From positions 923,714 through 987,713 of the forward strand of contig CBDFIK010000005.1 of the NCBI GenBank assembly GCA_965248105.1: a DNA stretch of 64,000 bases, written 5' to 3'. This document shows, one piece after another, positions 19,393 to 30,082 of the stretch. A model generated the notes under the pieces. That model searched no databases. It was not told the DNA's origin and saw only the letters and a list, made by a program, of their open reading frames with translations. The translations under genes and the position numbers were made by a program. Numbering within the stretch: the stretch's first letter is position 1; every line of letters starts with the position of its first letter. The stretch comes from Bryobacterales bacterium. Its GTDB lineage: Bacteria > Acidobacteriota > Terriglobia > Bryobacterales > UBA6623.

Positions 19393-19920
19393 ATGGCTCG
19401 GAATATAATCCGCCGTGTTGTGTCCCGACTCCGGCGCATCGCGCTGCATTCTCGATTCTTCTTCGTCACAACGAACTTGAGGCCTGGCGTGCATCCGTTT
19501 CGGACCTCGGAGTATCGCATTTTGGTGGAAGCCTTGGGCGGTGCTCGTGAGAAGCTGACGTTCAGCTTATGCGGATACTGCTTCATGCCCGACCACGTTC
19601 ACGCCATCATCATGCCACACGAGCAGACCACGATCTCGGAAGTTCTCAGGAGCTTCAAGGTGAGATCCCACCCACGGCTGCGCCGTTCCCGGCGCCGGCG
19701 AGGACCCTTTTGGCAAAGCCGTTTCTATGATCATGTTCTCCGTACTCGCGGCGAATTTGATGAGGCCCTGGAGTATATCCACATGAATCCCGTTGTAAAA
19801 GGACTGGTACAGGATTCGTTCGCCTGGCCTTGGTCCAGCGCTCGGTGGTTCATCGAGCGCCAAGGTCCTGTCGAGATCGACCAGATACGGTTGCCTTGCG
19901 GTCCGAAGTCACGGATCTAA
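19393..19920 (+). CDS. REP-associated tyrosine transposase (RAYT, Y1 HUH family)
   Basis: FFVTT, YCFMPDHVHAII (HUH), FWQSRFYDH, YIHMNPV, WPWSS. Confidence 0.93.
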   Translation: MARNIIRRVVSRLRRIALHSRFFFVTTNLRPGVHPFRTSEYRILVEALGGAREKLTFSLCGYCFMPDHVHAIIMPHEQTTISEVLRSFKVRSHPRLRRSRRRRGPFWQSRFYDHVLRTRGEFDEALEYIHMNPVVKGLVQDSFAWPWSSARWFIERQGPVEIDQIRLPCGPKSRI

Positions 19921-19926
19921 GCCCAA

Positions 19927-19963
19927 GGACGCGGACACTGGAAAGGCGCCAGATCCGCGCTAC
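19927..19963 (-). repeat. REP downstream of RAYT
   Basis: GTAGCGCGGA.CTGGCGCCTTTCCAGTGTCCGCGTCC; copies near 5592, 18459 and 50481. Confidence 0.75.
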
Positions 19964-20093
19964 GTGTCTTCAAGGAGAAGGTTGGGGAGGTACGGATTGC
20001 CGATGGTCGTATGACCGCGCTACGATGGATACTATAGTTTTGTCTTCACGCTTCCATCCGCGCGGTCCAGACTCGCCTTCCGGCCAATAATCT

Positions 20094-21056
20094 ATGAGTT
20101 CGCTCGTCGAAAAGTTCAACTCCAAAGTCCCGTGGCCGCTGCGCTACCTGATCGTAATCGGCGTTGGCCTCGGCTTCGCTCTCAAGATTCCCACCTTGAT
20201 GACGATTGGAGTGAAGCTTCAGGGCAACGCGCCGTCGTGTTCCTGGATGCAGGTGATTACGTTGCAGAACGAGCGGCTTCAGATGAACGACCACATCGAG
20301 GCTGCTGGACAGGAACTGCAATCGAAAGACTACGACGAGACCTGGGGCATCGAGCTGTTTTCCCATCCGCTGAGGGATTTCTGGATTCGTCGCGAAGGGG
20401 GCGGGTGGCAAGGTGGCAAGTTGCTTGGTTACTTGATCGGCGACCACCGGCACATGCGATCGCGCTACCCGGAGAGGACGGTTCGAGAAGGCGATATCGT
20501 GATCGACTGCGGCGCGCACGTGGGGGTCTTCGCCGCGAATGCTCTCGAGCTGGGAGCGGAGAAGGTTGTCGCGATCGACCCCGATCCCACCCAAGTCGAA
20601 TGCCTGAGGCGAAACTTCCCAGCGGAGATCGCTTCCGGCAAGTTGATTCTCGTTCCTAAGGGCGTGTGGAGTGAAAAAGGCTCGATGACGCTGTCAATTG
20701 GAACTCAACACTCGGGCGTGAGCAGTCTCGTCAAGGAAACCGGAGGCAACAAAGTCGAGGTCGAAGTTACAACGATTGACGCTATTGTGGCTGAGCTCGC
20801 GCTTCCGCGTGTCGATTACATCAAGTTCGATATCGAAGGCGCCGAGCGGGAAGCGCTCAAGGGTGCTGAGAAAACCCTCACCAAGTATCAGCCTCGCCTC
20901 TTTGTCGACAGTTACCACCAGGCCGACGACGCTTTCGTCCTGCCCGAGATCATCAGAAGGGCCAACTCAGCCTACCGTCTCCACTCTGGTTTTTGCGAGG
21001 CCACGAACGAGTTCGGAAATTGGATGATCGTCCCTCATTACGTGTTTTACGAGTAG
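20094..21056 (+). CDS. FkbM-family methyltransferase
   Basis: VIDCGAHVGVF, AIDPDP, VDYIKFDIEGAE. Confidence 0.9.
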   Translation: MSSLVEKFNSKVPWPLRYLIVIGVGLGFALKIPTLMTIGVKLQGNAPSCSWMQVITLQNERLQMNDHIEAAGQELQSKDYDETWGIELFSHPLRDFWIRREGGGWQGGKLLGYLIGDHRHMRSRYPERTVREGDIVIDCGAHVGVFAANALELGAEKVVAIDPDPTQVECLRRNFPAEIASGKLILVPKGVWSEKGSMTLSIGTQHSGVSSLVKETGGNKVEVEVTTIDAIVAELALPRVDYIKFDIEGAEREALKGAEKTLTKYQPRLFVDSYHQADDAFVLPEIIRRANSAYRLHSGFCEATNEFGNWMIVPHYVFYE

Positions 21057-21189
21057 CGATCGAAGGCCTCGGCCAGACTCGGTAGCCGGTCGATTCTCTA
21101 TTTACGCTTTGATCTGGAGGTCCCTCAGGAGTGAAACTGCCCGGATTTTGCGCTGTTTCATTCCCCCCCGCCTTCAAGGAGAAGGCGTT

Positions 21190-21360
21190 CGGGTGCTGAG
21201 CGCGAACCTGGGCGACGCGGACCTGAACGAAGCGAACTTGAGCGGCGCGAAAGGTCTAACCCAGCACCAAATCAACGAAGCCCAGGGAAACAAGGAAACG
21301 AAGTTACCGCAAGGCCTTCAGACACCCGAGCACTGGCTGAAGGATTCACCGAGCCAATGA
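21190..21360 (+). pseudogene. Pentapeptide-repeat protein C-terminal fragment
   Basis: ANLGDADLNEANLSGAKGLT..Q..A.G...TKLP. Confidence 0.6.
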
Positions 21361-21500
21361 TCCCCTCCCCAACCCTTATCCCCACCAAGCCCTTGCGAAC
21401 GCAGGGCGTTTCATCTACCATTTGAAACAGTACAGCTATTTTGTGTCATTTCACTGAACGTGCGCCTCCATGCACCGCTGCCGCGCGAGCCCCAGCCTCG

Positions 21501-23171
21501 TCACACCTCCAGAATCACCGGGGCGATCAGGGGACGGCTTGAGGTCTCGCGGGAGATGTAGCGTCGGAGATCGATGCGGATCTTTTCTTCCATCACGCCC
21601 CAGTCGGTCTTTTCTTCTTCCGAGGAGGTCTCGATCGTCCGGCTGATGACGTCGCGGGCGCCGTCGAGCAGTTGAGAGCTATCCTCGGGCACCACGAAAC
21701 CCCGAAAAAGGATTTCCGGGGGGCTCTCGAGCTGTCCGCTGTGGCGGTTGATCGCCACGATCGGCACCACGACCCCGAACTCGGAGAGATGCCGCCGGTC
21801 TCGAATAACCAGCTCCTCGAGGATTTCGTCCCCCGTCCCTGAATCAATACAAACGCGCCCCACCGGCACCCGATCTGCCTTCCGAGCGCCTTGGGAGTCG
21901 ATCTCCAGTACATCGCCGCTTTGGAGTAAGAACGAATCTTCGAGTCCGGAAGACCGCAAGTGCTGGGCCAGCCGCAAATGTCCGGACAACTGGCGATACT
22001 CGCCGTGAATCGGCACAAAGTACTTCGGGCGGACGAGGTTGAGCACCAGCTTTAGCTCCTCTTGGCGACCGTGGCCGGAAACATGGAGCGGCGGGTTCAT
22101 CTCCCCGTAGACAACTTCGGCGCCGCGCTGGCAAACGTGATCGATCATGCGAAAGATCGCTTTCTCATTGCCGGGGATCAGCCTTGCGCTCAGCACGACC
22201 GTGTCGCCCTCTTCGATCGTCGCCTGCCTGTGCTTGCCGACAGCCGCCCGCGACATGGCCGAGAGCGGTTCGCCCTGGGTGCCGGAGATGATCACGGTGC
22301 GCTCGGAGCGGGGAATCTTCATCAGATCGCCCGGCCGCAACAGCAGCCCGTCCGGAATGTCGAGGAGACCCAACTGGTGAGCCAACTCGCTGGTAGTGAC
22401 CATGCTGCGCCCCACCAAGGCCACTTTGCGTCCCGCCTCCGCCGAAAGGTCGATGATCTGCTGCACGCGGTGTGTCGAGGAGGAAAAACAGGTGAAGAAC
22501 AGAGTGTTGGGCGAGTGGGCGAAAAGTTCTTCGAGGCGCGGCCGAACAGCCCTTTCCGACGGCGTGAAGCCCTGCCATTCCGCATTCGTGGAATCGGAGA
22601 GCAGCAGCAGCACTCCGCGGCGTCCGTACTCAGCGAATGCGTGAAGGTCGAAAGGTTGCTCATCGATCGGCGTCTGGTCGATCTTAAAGTCGGCCGTGTG
22701 GATCACCGTTCCCAGGGGCGTCCCAATCGCCAGCGCCACCGCGTTGGCAATGCTGTGGGTGACGTGAATGAACTCGATTTCAAAGCAACCGAGCGTGATC
22801 TTCTCTGGCGGACGGACGACATGAATCGTCGGCTCCTGTTCCAGGTCATGTTCCTTCAAGCGGCGGCGAATGAGCGCCTCGGCGAGACCGGTTGTGTAGA
22901 CAGGGACTTCGAGTTGCGATAACACGTACGGTACGGCCCCAATGTGGTCTTCGTGACCGTGAGTGACCACCAGACCCCGTAGGTGTTCGCGGTTGTCCAA
23001 CAGATAGCTGATATCGGGAACGACGAAGTCGACCCCCAACAGCTCCGATCCCGGAAACAACATCCCGGCATCGACGACGATGATGTCATCGCCGCAGCGC
23101 ATCGCCAGCATGTTCATCCCGAACTCGCCTAATCCGCCGAGGGGGATGATTTGGAGTTTTTGATCAGACAA
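21501..23171 (-). CDS. rnj: Ribonuclease J
   Basis: IPLGGLGEFGMN, THGHEDHIG, DFKID, SDSTNA, HVSGH, PIHGEYR. Confidence 0.96.
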   Translation of the reverse strand: MSDQKLQIIPLGGLGEFGMNMLAMRCGDDIIVVDAGMLFPGSELLGVDFVVPDISYLLDNREHLRGLVVTHGHEDHIGAVPYVLSQLEVPVYTTGLAEALIRRRLKEHDLEQEPTIHVVRPPEKITLGCFEIEFIHVTHSIANAVALAIGTPLGTVIHTADFKIDQTPIDEQPFDLHAFAEYGRRGVLLLLSDSTNAEWQGFTPSERAVRPRLEELFAHSPNTLFFTCFSSSTHRVQQIIDLSAEAGRKVALVGRSMVTTSELAHQLGLLDIPDGLLLRPGDLMKIPRSERTVIISGTQGEPLSAMSRAAVGKHRQATIEEGDTVVLSARLIPGNEKAIFRMIDHVCQRGAEVVYGEMNPPLHVSGHGRQEELKLVLNLVRPKYFVPIHGEYRQLSGHLRLAQHLRSSGLEDSFLLQSGDVLEIDSQGARKADRVPVGRVCIDSGTGDEILEELVIRDRRHLSEFGVVVPIVAINRHSGQLESPPEILFRGFVVPEDSSQLLDGARDVISRTIETSSEEEKTDWGVMEEKIRIDLRRYISRETSSRPLIAPVILEV

Positions 23172-23395
23172 TGGCTGTCTCCGGCATTAGACGCCAGACT
23201 AGCACAGGTCCCAGGTGATCAACGTGCCGGGCGGTTGAGCGTCTTCGAAACAATGGGCTGCGTCCCACTTTGCGTACCGCGGGAACGCGCCTGCACCCCT
23301 TTTTGACGCTATCCCGTTCACACCATGCAATCCGTAGCGCCGGCCCCGGGACGGTCCACTAGCCCAAGCACATCCGGGCCGCGGTTAACGACCGC

Positions 23396-23884
23396 CTACA
23401 TGAAGGCCTTGATGATCTGAGCCTGAATGTCCTGCAGGCTTCGCTGTGCCTGTTGGACTTCGCCGATCTTTGCTTCCAGGTCCGCCATCAGGAAGCGGCG
23501 TTCCAATCCGTTCTGGATGATCAGCTTCAGATCGTCGTTGCTCCAGGGCTTTTCGATGTACTGATAGAGGTTGACTTCGTTGATGGCCCTAATGGCGTTT
23601 TCCTTGTCCGCGTACCCGGTCAAAAGGATCCGCGTGGCGTAAGGTTGAAGTTTCTTGACTTCGAGGAGGAACTCAATACCCGTCATCTCGGGCATCAGGT
23701 AGTCGGAGATGACCAAATCGATCTGGCTCTCGCGAATTGATTCGAGCGCTCTGAGCGGCGAGCTGAAAGTCAGCACCTCATAGTCGGTTTCGAGCGCCAG
23801 GAATGACCGCAGGCTGGCCAAAACCATCTCTTCGTCATCAACAATCACCAGAAGGGGAACCCTGCTGTTGGTTGTGCCGGTCAT
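23396..23884 (-). CDS. Response regulator (receiver domain plus coiled-coil tail)
   Basis: IVDDE, ISDYLMPEMTG, LLTGY, YIEKPW; overlaps the kinase stop. Confidence 0.93.
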   Translation of the reverse strand: MTGTTNSRVPLLVIVDDEEMVLASLRSFLALETDYEVLTFSSPLRALESIRESQIDLVISDYLMPEMTGIEFLLEVKKLQPYATRILLTGYADKENAIRAINEVNLYQYIEKPWSNDDLKLIIQNGLERRFLMADLEAKIGEVQQAQRSLQDIQAQIIKAFM

Positions 23885-25674
23885 GATGGTTGCTCGGCTG
23901 ACTCTACGTGTGCGACAGGCAGTCGAACGGTGAAGGTGGAGCCCTTTCCGATTGCAGTCTCGACGTCGATGTTCCCGCCGTGATCCTGGACGATCTTGAA
24001 GCAGATCGAAAGCCCAAGACCTGTTCCCACTCCTACCCCTTTCGTAGTAAACCCCGGATCGAAGATGCGCGACAGGTTCTCCGGCGGAATGCCGACGCCC
24101 GTATCGGAGATTTGAACATTCACCATATCATCTTCGCGGAACGTCTTGATCCTGACCTCACCCTTTCCCTCGACCGCTTGGGATGCGTTGACCAGGAGGT
24201 TCATGAAGACCTGGTTGATCTGGTTGGGATGGCAGCGGATGGGTGGGATGTCACCGTACTGCTTGACTACCCGCACGCGATTCTTCAGCTCGTGACGAAC
24301 CAGAGTGAGCGTACTCTCTAACCCCTCATGCAGGTCGGCGGTCTTCAGGTCGGCTTCGTCGAGGCGAGCGAAGTTGCGCAAGGTGCTTACGATATCGACG
24401 ATGCGTTCGCTGGCAAGCTGGTTGACGCGAGAGATGTCTTCAACAACGCTGAGCACGTGTTGCAGCGCCCGATTTTCGCGGACCGCTTCGTCGGACGACT
24501 CACTCGTGACGATGCCGCGCAACTTCGCCAGCGAGCGACCTAACGTGTCGGCGTTGCTGTTGATTGTGCCAATCGGTGTATTCATCTCATGGGCGATTCC
24601 GGCCACCAACTTTCCCAACGCCGCCATTTTTTCCTGTTGTACAAGTTGCGATTGCGAGTCGCGCAGGTCGCGGGTCCGCTCCTGCACCTCTTTTTCAAGT
24701 TCCTCGGCGTGATGGCGGAGACGGCTCGACAGCTTTTCCCGTTCCGTTACGTCGTGACAGATGACTTGAACGATGCGGTTGCCTCCGTAGCTCACCAGGC
24801 TCGCCCCGACATCGACATAGCTGGGCGCGGCCCCCCGCCGCTCGAGCCGCACGTTGGAGTACTGAAGATGCCCGTCCTGCTGCATCTTCTCGAAGGTCGC
24901 CGCATCTGCAAACTCTTCCACCGGAACCACGTCAGCCAATGTGCGTCCCCGAAGAGCTTCTCGGGGAACGGTAGTGAGCTTTTCGGCCTGCTCGTTGACT
25001 TCGATGATCCGACGTGTGTCAAGATCGGCGAGCAGAATGGCCTCGCCCGCCTCTTGCATCAGCGCCCGATATTTCGTTTCGGACTCTTGCAGTTCGTGGC
25101 TGCGACGTTGCAACTCTTCGTAGAGGCGGGCATTCTCCACGATTTCCGCCGACTGCGAGGCGATGATCGACAGAAGCTTTTGATCTTCGTTGCTAAAATC
25201 CCCCCTGGATTGTTTGTTGAAGACGTTGAGCAGGCCCACCATCCGACCCTTGGCGCGTAGCGGTACGCTCAGCAGCGAGTGAATCGGGAAATCGGAGGAG
25301 GCTATGGCCTTGAAACGCGGGTCGTCCTGCAGGTTATTAATGAGTAACGGCTTCTGGTGCTTTAGCATCCACCCGGTCAGTTGCTGCCCAAAGCGGAAGG
25401 GGACGACGTCCGAGCCGGAGTGAGCTTTCCGTGCCATCGTGCGAAAAGGGTCGTTGTCGGTCTCGTCTTGCAGCAACATTACCGAGCCCTGCTCGACCTT
25501 GAGGTGTCGGACGCTTTCTTGAACGATCAGCTCGACGATGGCGTTCAACGACATTGTGGAGCTTACGGCCGTTCCGATCGCGTTCAGGATCGACAGTTCT
25601 TCCACAGCCCGCCGAAGCCGGCGATTCTCTTCTTCGAGCTCAGCGAGCGTTTTTTGCGAGGGTTCCGATTCCAT
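23881..25674 (-). CDS. Cytoplasmic GAF-PAS sensor histidine kinase
   Basis: GAF (LSVPL..VGLLNVFNK), PAS, IAHEMNTP H-box, NLLVNA, DTGVG, GTGLGL. Confidence 0.95.
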   Translation of the reverse strand: MESEPSQKTLAELEEENRRLRRAVEELSILNAIGTAVSSTMSLNAIVELIVQESVRHLKVEQGSVMLLQDETDNDPFRTMARKAHSGSDVVPFRFGQQLTGWMLKHQKPLLINNLQDDPRFKAIASSDFPIHSLLSVPLRAKGRMVGLLNVFNKQSRGDFSNEDQKLLSIIASQSAEIVENARLYEELQRRSHELQESETKYRALMQEAGEAILLADLDTRRIIEVNEQAEKLTTVPREALRGRTLADVVPVEEFADAATFEKMQQDGHLQYSNVRLERRGAAPSYVDVGASLVSYGGNRIVQVICHDVTEREKLSSRLRHHAEELEKEVQERTRDLRDSQSQLVQQEKMAALGKLVAGIAHEMNTPIGTINSNADTLGRSLAKLRGIVTSESSDEAVRENRALQHVLSVVEDISRVNQLASERIVDIVSTLRNFARLDEADLKTADLHEGLESTLTLVRHELKNRVRVVKQYGDIPPIRCHPNQINQVFMNLLVNASQAVEGKGEVRIKTFREDDMVNVQISDTGVGIPPENLSRIFDPGFTTKGVGVGTGLGLSICFKIVQDHGGNIDVETAIGKGSTFTVRLPVAHVESAEQPS

Positions 25675-26170
25675 CGGTTAGCGTGTTGGGCTAGGGCTGT
25701 GTATCAGAAATTCGTTACGCAAGTTGGTGACCACTGGCGTGACGGTCGTGGTCCGGTAAGGCATGGGTTTCTCGGTGCCGCGACAGTGAGTACCTAGCGA
25801 GTCAAATTGTTGCCAAAAGTGAGGGGAGACTTCGAGACCGGGAAACGGAGCCGCACCCGCAAGGGTGAGGTCGCCACCGAAGCATGTCAAGACCCGCGGA
25901 AGGTACGGAGCCCGCTTTGATTCCGGCTCGGCTGCGAAAGAGAGCGGTCCTTTGCGAAAAAGGAGTTTGTCAGCGAACTTATGATTCATAACACGAGCAG
26001 CCGGTAAAATGGCGAAGCAGAACGCGAGGGTTTTCGAGCGTGCGATCCACCTTGTACAGTGCCAAAGAAAGACAGTTTCCTATTTCATATCAGTATAGGC
26101 AAATGACAGCGAGAACAGATGTAGCGGGAAATCGACGCTCCCTTGGTGCACGCGGCGGCGAGCTATCAGA

Positions 26171-26638
26171 CTAAGAGTCCCCGCCTTCCCGCTGGCCTCC
26201 TGAATCCGAACCTAACCCGGCCGTCAGCAGCGAGCGAACACGTTTGAACAACGCTTGAAACATCTTCGGCGTGATCTCACTATGGTCGGCCAATAGGTCG
26301 AAGAAGTCCTGTTGTTCGATGCGCAGCAGCCAGCTATCCTCCTCGGCCGAAGCGGTCACGACACTCGGTTGCTCGTCAAACAACGCCCAATTCCCAATCG
26401 TGTCGTCCGGGCCGACCGTAAACATAGCTTGTCCGCCGCGACTCATCCGGATGCGGCCCGCAAGCACGACATAAAGAGCGGTGGCCGGCGCGTGTTCGTT
26501 GAACAAGACTTCGCCTCGGGCGTACGGAATTTGCTTGGCGATTGATGCCAGCAGGGCTAATAGGTCCGTCTCGAGCTCCGCAAACAAATCGACCTTCTGC
26601 AAGCGGATTGCTCGATCAAGAGTGGTCAGTGTTTCCAT
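26171..26638 (-). CDS. Stand-alone cyclic nucleotide-binding domain protein
   Basis: LQKVDLFAEL, GEVLFNE, LYVVLAGRI, IGNWALFD. Confidence 0.88.
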   Translation of the reverse strand: METLTTLDRAIRLQKVDLFAELETDLLALLASIAKQIPYARGEVLFNEHAPATALYVVLAGRIRMSRGGQAMFTVGPDDTIGNWALFDEQPSVVTASAEEDSWLLRIEQQDFFDLLADHSEITPKMFQALFKRVRSLLTAGLGSDSGGQREGGDS

Positions 26639-26816
26639 GGACTACTACGTCATTGGTTTCCTAGCAGCTCGTGGTGAAAGTCCTTCGCCCCAAAAAAACT
26701 GTCGTCGGGTCGACGTCGCAACCCCGAGGGCCAGGCCCGCGGGCTAACGCCCGCGGCTCAGTGCGGTGAAAAGTCGGTCCACGCTTTTCGCCGAACCTAA
26801 CTTCTACCACGGACGG

Positions 26817-29615
26817 CTAGCCCGAGTCTTCTTCCGAGCGCGCCTTCGTCAGTCGGACGTGCGCGGCGAGTGCCGTCTCCGCCAGCATCGGGTCAGGGGC
26901 GTGCTTCAATTTTTCCACTGCGGGGGTGAGCGCAAACATTTTCGACTCGGCCGCCACGTAGCTTGCGCAGGCTTGGAGCCAGGGGTCCTCGGAGTTGAGC
27001 AACGTTTCTAGAACTTCACCGTACGTCGCCGGCCTGACACGGAAGAACTGCCGCCCCGCGCGCAACACACTCGGCCCCAGGCCGTTCTCGAGAAGCGGCA
27101 AAAGCATTTGCCGCACCGGGTTGCTCAAACGGCTGTCGAGAAATTCTACCGCGTTGGCCCGTAGGTCGCGCCGACCGCTGACGATCCGATGATAGGAATC
27201 GCGGATCTCACGCTGCGGGTAGATCAGCTCGAGCAAAAGAAAACTCCACTCGAGATGCTGTTCCAGGCGCTCGTTCAAAGTGCGCCGAAGGAACTGGACC
27301 CCCTCACCCACCCGCAGGGTTGGAATCCCGGTAAGCAGGTTTGCAGTCTGGTAGTAGCTTTTCAGTTCGAGGACCAACAGACCCGAAATCTTATCTGATT
27401 CAAAATGCGCTCGAGGTTCCCGCCGGCGGATGCGGGCGAGCGCTCGCAGTACTTCGATGCCGACAGCGCGATCGACTCTCTCCAGGCATGCCACGAGCGA
27501 CCGGGTGGCTTCAGGTCCCCCAATGTCACTGACCACCCGTGGAATGCGCCGCCGCACTCCGACATCAACGGATGTGTCAGTTATGGCCGTTCGCAGGCGG
27601 TCGAGAATCGGTTCACCCAAGGCGGCCAAGGCCTTGCGCGCTTCGCGCCTCAACGTTTGGCTCCCCAGCATGGAAATGATCGCGGGTGTCTTGCCCGTCG
27701 GCTTGAGGACGACTGCGCTCTTAAGGGCCGCGCGGACGACTTCGGGATCGCCGTCTTCGAGGAACGCGAGGAGATATGGGCTCAATTCGTCAGTCTTCGG
27801 GCCCAAGCCCAGCAGCCGTGCCGCGGTCACCCGCGACAGGGTCGGGTCGTGCTCAGTCGCCTGCATGTAGTCGAGGAAGATCCTGCTTGCCGCCGCCGTA
27901 TCGGACTCTCGGTGGTGAAGCAGGCGGACGGCGACTGTCGCGGCCAGGTCCCGGTCGGCGCTTTCCAGCCGCTCCCTCATCGCCGGCAAGGCCTCGGAAG
28001 GATCTTGCTGCTCCAGGTATTCCAGAGCCTGCCAACGGCTCTCGACGCGGTCTTCGCGCTCCAGAAACTTGAGAACGTCCTTTTCACAACCCGGAATATT
28101 ACGGCTGCTCACCGTGGCCATCGCCTTGCGCCGGATGGTAGTCGATTCGTGGGTCAAAAGCGATGCCAGTTGGGCCTGACGCGCGGTGACGCCGCCGAAC
28201 TGCATCCACTCGACTGCCGTTTCAATGGCTCTGGGGTCCGATCCCTCTAGAGACTCCTCGAGCTGCGTCGGCGGTGGGGACTCAGCCAATTGCCGAAGCA
28301 ACTCCTCCGCACTAATGTCCTGCCGCTCGATGCTATTGCGTAGATTGGCAATGTACTCTCCTCGGAGTTGCCACACCACGACCAACCACCCCGCTACGCA
28401 GGCTAGGCTGACCCAGCTCACCTTCTGCGTCTCCAAATGTAGCCCTGTGACCAGCAGTAGCAGGACTAAGCTGGCTAAGCCGTCAGCCGTGCGGCTGACA
28501 ATCATATCGAGGAAGCTTTTTACTTGACCGCGGATTGCAGCCGCTATGGGGACATAAAGCAGCTCAACGGACGCTCGGTCGACCGAGTGCCGGAAGCCCT
28601 GGTCCGACGCTCGCGCCAACGCGGCCACCCCCAGCGAAGACGACAACAGGAGAGCAGTCGCTCCCATCAGCAACGAAGACGGGAGAATGAACAAACAAAG
28701 ACCCAGCCCGATCCAGCGCAACAGGCGCCCGGTCAGCAGCACATGGAACAAGAAGGAAAGGACGGCGAGGTAACCATAGAAATCGCCGAAAAAAGGCGTC
28801 ATGGCTTGGGGATCTGCAAGGAAATGCACTTGCACCGTGGCCTTGAATTGATACTTGACGAGCGTGCTGACTACGGTCGAAAGAAATAGGGCGGTGGTAA
28901 TCAGTGAGAGGTAACGAGTCTCGCGAACGAGCTGCAGGCTTTGCCAAATCGAGGCCTTGGCCTTTCCCTTGCCGCTCACCTGAGCTAGCGGTGTCTGTGC
29001 CCCTCGGCTAAGCCGCGAGGCGATCAGCGCGCAAACGAGAACGAGCCCGACCGCCGCCAGAGGGATGTTTGCCGTGCCCAGGTGGGGACCCACCTGGCTG
29101 GTAAATTGCCCCCCGAGAGCGGCGCCTACAATTCCACCGCTTCCGATCACAGAGAAGAGGCGCTTAGCCTGACGAGTCGTAAAAATGGAGCCGGCCAAGG
29201 ACCACACCTGGCTTGGTATGAGGACCGTGAAGACCCCCACCCAGACATAGAGCAACGCCGGCATGCCCGCCACGCCCCAGCGCAGCAATCCCCATAAAAG
29301 AAGAAGGCTCGCCGCCAGAAATATTTGTGTGCCGCTGATGAGGCGGCCTTGGGGGACACGGTTCGAGAGACGCAAGTAGAGGCTCACCACGACGGCGACG
29401 AGCACTGTGATCGACAGGTCCACCAACGGCAGGCGTCGAGCGTCGAATTCTTTTAGGAATAACGAGTCGGCTGCGGCCTTCAGAGAGATGACCGAGGCGA
29501 TGCCGAGTAGCAGATAAACTGCTAGGCCCAACGTCGGGCGCAGTTCACCAGGCTGGATGTTGAAGTAGTCGAGGATTCTGTCTTGCAGGCGTTTTGCGGC
29601 CGCTGAAACTGCCAT
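26817..29615 (-). CDS. Npt1/TLC-type nucleotide transporter fused to HEAT repeats
   Basis: ADSLFL, QVWSLA..IF..RQAKRLF, ELLYVPI..RGQVKSFLD, then HEAT repeats (DPEVVRAAL, RANAVEFLD, DPWLQACA). Confidence 0.88.
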   Translation of the reverse strand: MAVSAAAKRLQDRILDYFNIQPGELRPTLGLAVYLLLGIASVISLKAAADSLFLKEFDARRLPLVDLSITVLVAVVVSLYLRLSNRVPQGRLISGTQIFLAASLLLLWGLLRWGVAGMPALLYVWVGVFTVLIPSQVWSLAGSIFTTRQAKRLFSVIGSGGIVGAALGGQFTSQVGPHLGTANIPLAAVGLVLVCALIASRLSRGAQTPLAQVSGKGKAKASIWQSLQLVRETRYLSLITTALFLSTVVSTLVKYQFKATVQVHFLADPQAMTPFFGDFYGYLAVLSFLFHVLLTGRLLRWIGLGLCLFILPSSLLMGATALLLSSSLGVAALARASDQGFRHSVDRASVELLYVPIAAAIRGQVKSFLDMIVSRTADGLASLVLLLLVTGLHLETQKVSWVSLACVAGWLVVVWQLRGEYIANLRNSIERQDISAEELLRQLAESPPPTQLEESLEGSDPRAIETAVEWMQFGGVTARQAQLASLLTHESTTIRRKAMATVSSRNIPGCEKDVLKFLEREDRVESRWQALEYLEQQDPSEALPAMRERLESADRDLAATVAVRLLHHRESDTAAASRIFLDYMQATEHDPTLSRVTAARLLGLGPKTDELSPYLLAFLEDGDPEVVRAALKSAVVLKPTGKTPAIISMLGSQTLRREARKALAALGEPILDRLRTAITDTSVDVGVRRRIPRVVSDIGGPEATRSLVACLERVDRAVGIEVLRALARIRRREPRAHFESDKISGLLVLELKSYYQTANLLTGIPTLRVGEGVQFLRRTLNERLEQHLEWSFLLLELIYPQREIRDSYHRIVSGRRDLRANAVEFLDSRLSNPVRQMLLPLLENGLGPSVLRAGRQFFRVRPATYGEVLETLLNSEDPWLQACASYVAAESKMFALTPAVEKLKHAPDPMLAETALAAHVRLTKARSEEDSG

Positions 29616-30082
29616 GGGCGCCCCGTGCGGGCGTATCTCGCCACCCGTGGGCCGACGGAGAAACCCTTCCATTATAGTGGCCGGTCCAATTTGGCAAGAA
29701 ATCAGCGTCCAGTTCGTAGCGCAAGACGGCGCTTAGATGCTGGGACACGGGTGCCCGCCGCCTGTTCGCACCTTCGGCCAAGTTAAGGCTAGGGATATCC
29801 AGTGCGAACAAACGGAAGAGGTGCCGGTGACACATCCCAGACGGGCCGCAGCACCGACAAGGACGGCTAGCGCCACGAAGGCCGTGCCTGGACGCGGGTG
29901 AACGTCTGCGGAAGCAAGTTCACTAGTTCCAAAAACATCACAGAAGTGTGAAGGTTTCCTGAAGATCAGTCCGAGAGTGGATTCGGGACAGAAGGAAAGC
30001 ACCGGCTCGCCCGGAAAAAATGCGCTAGCATTCAGAGAGGTTTCAAAGTCGGTCGGTATCCTCAGCTTTCTCGCTTTCAAGA

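Noticed and set aside
22062-22922. Long antisense ORFs (also 24589-25260, 27405-28250, 36124-36837, 50354-51043)
   Set aside because: Shadow ORFs of GC-rich genes or repeats with no recognisable motifs
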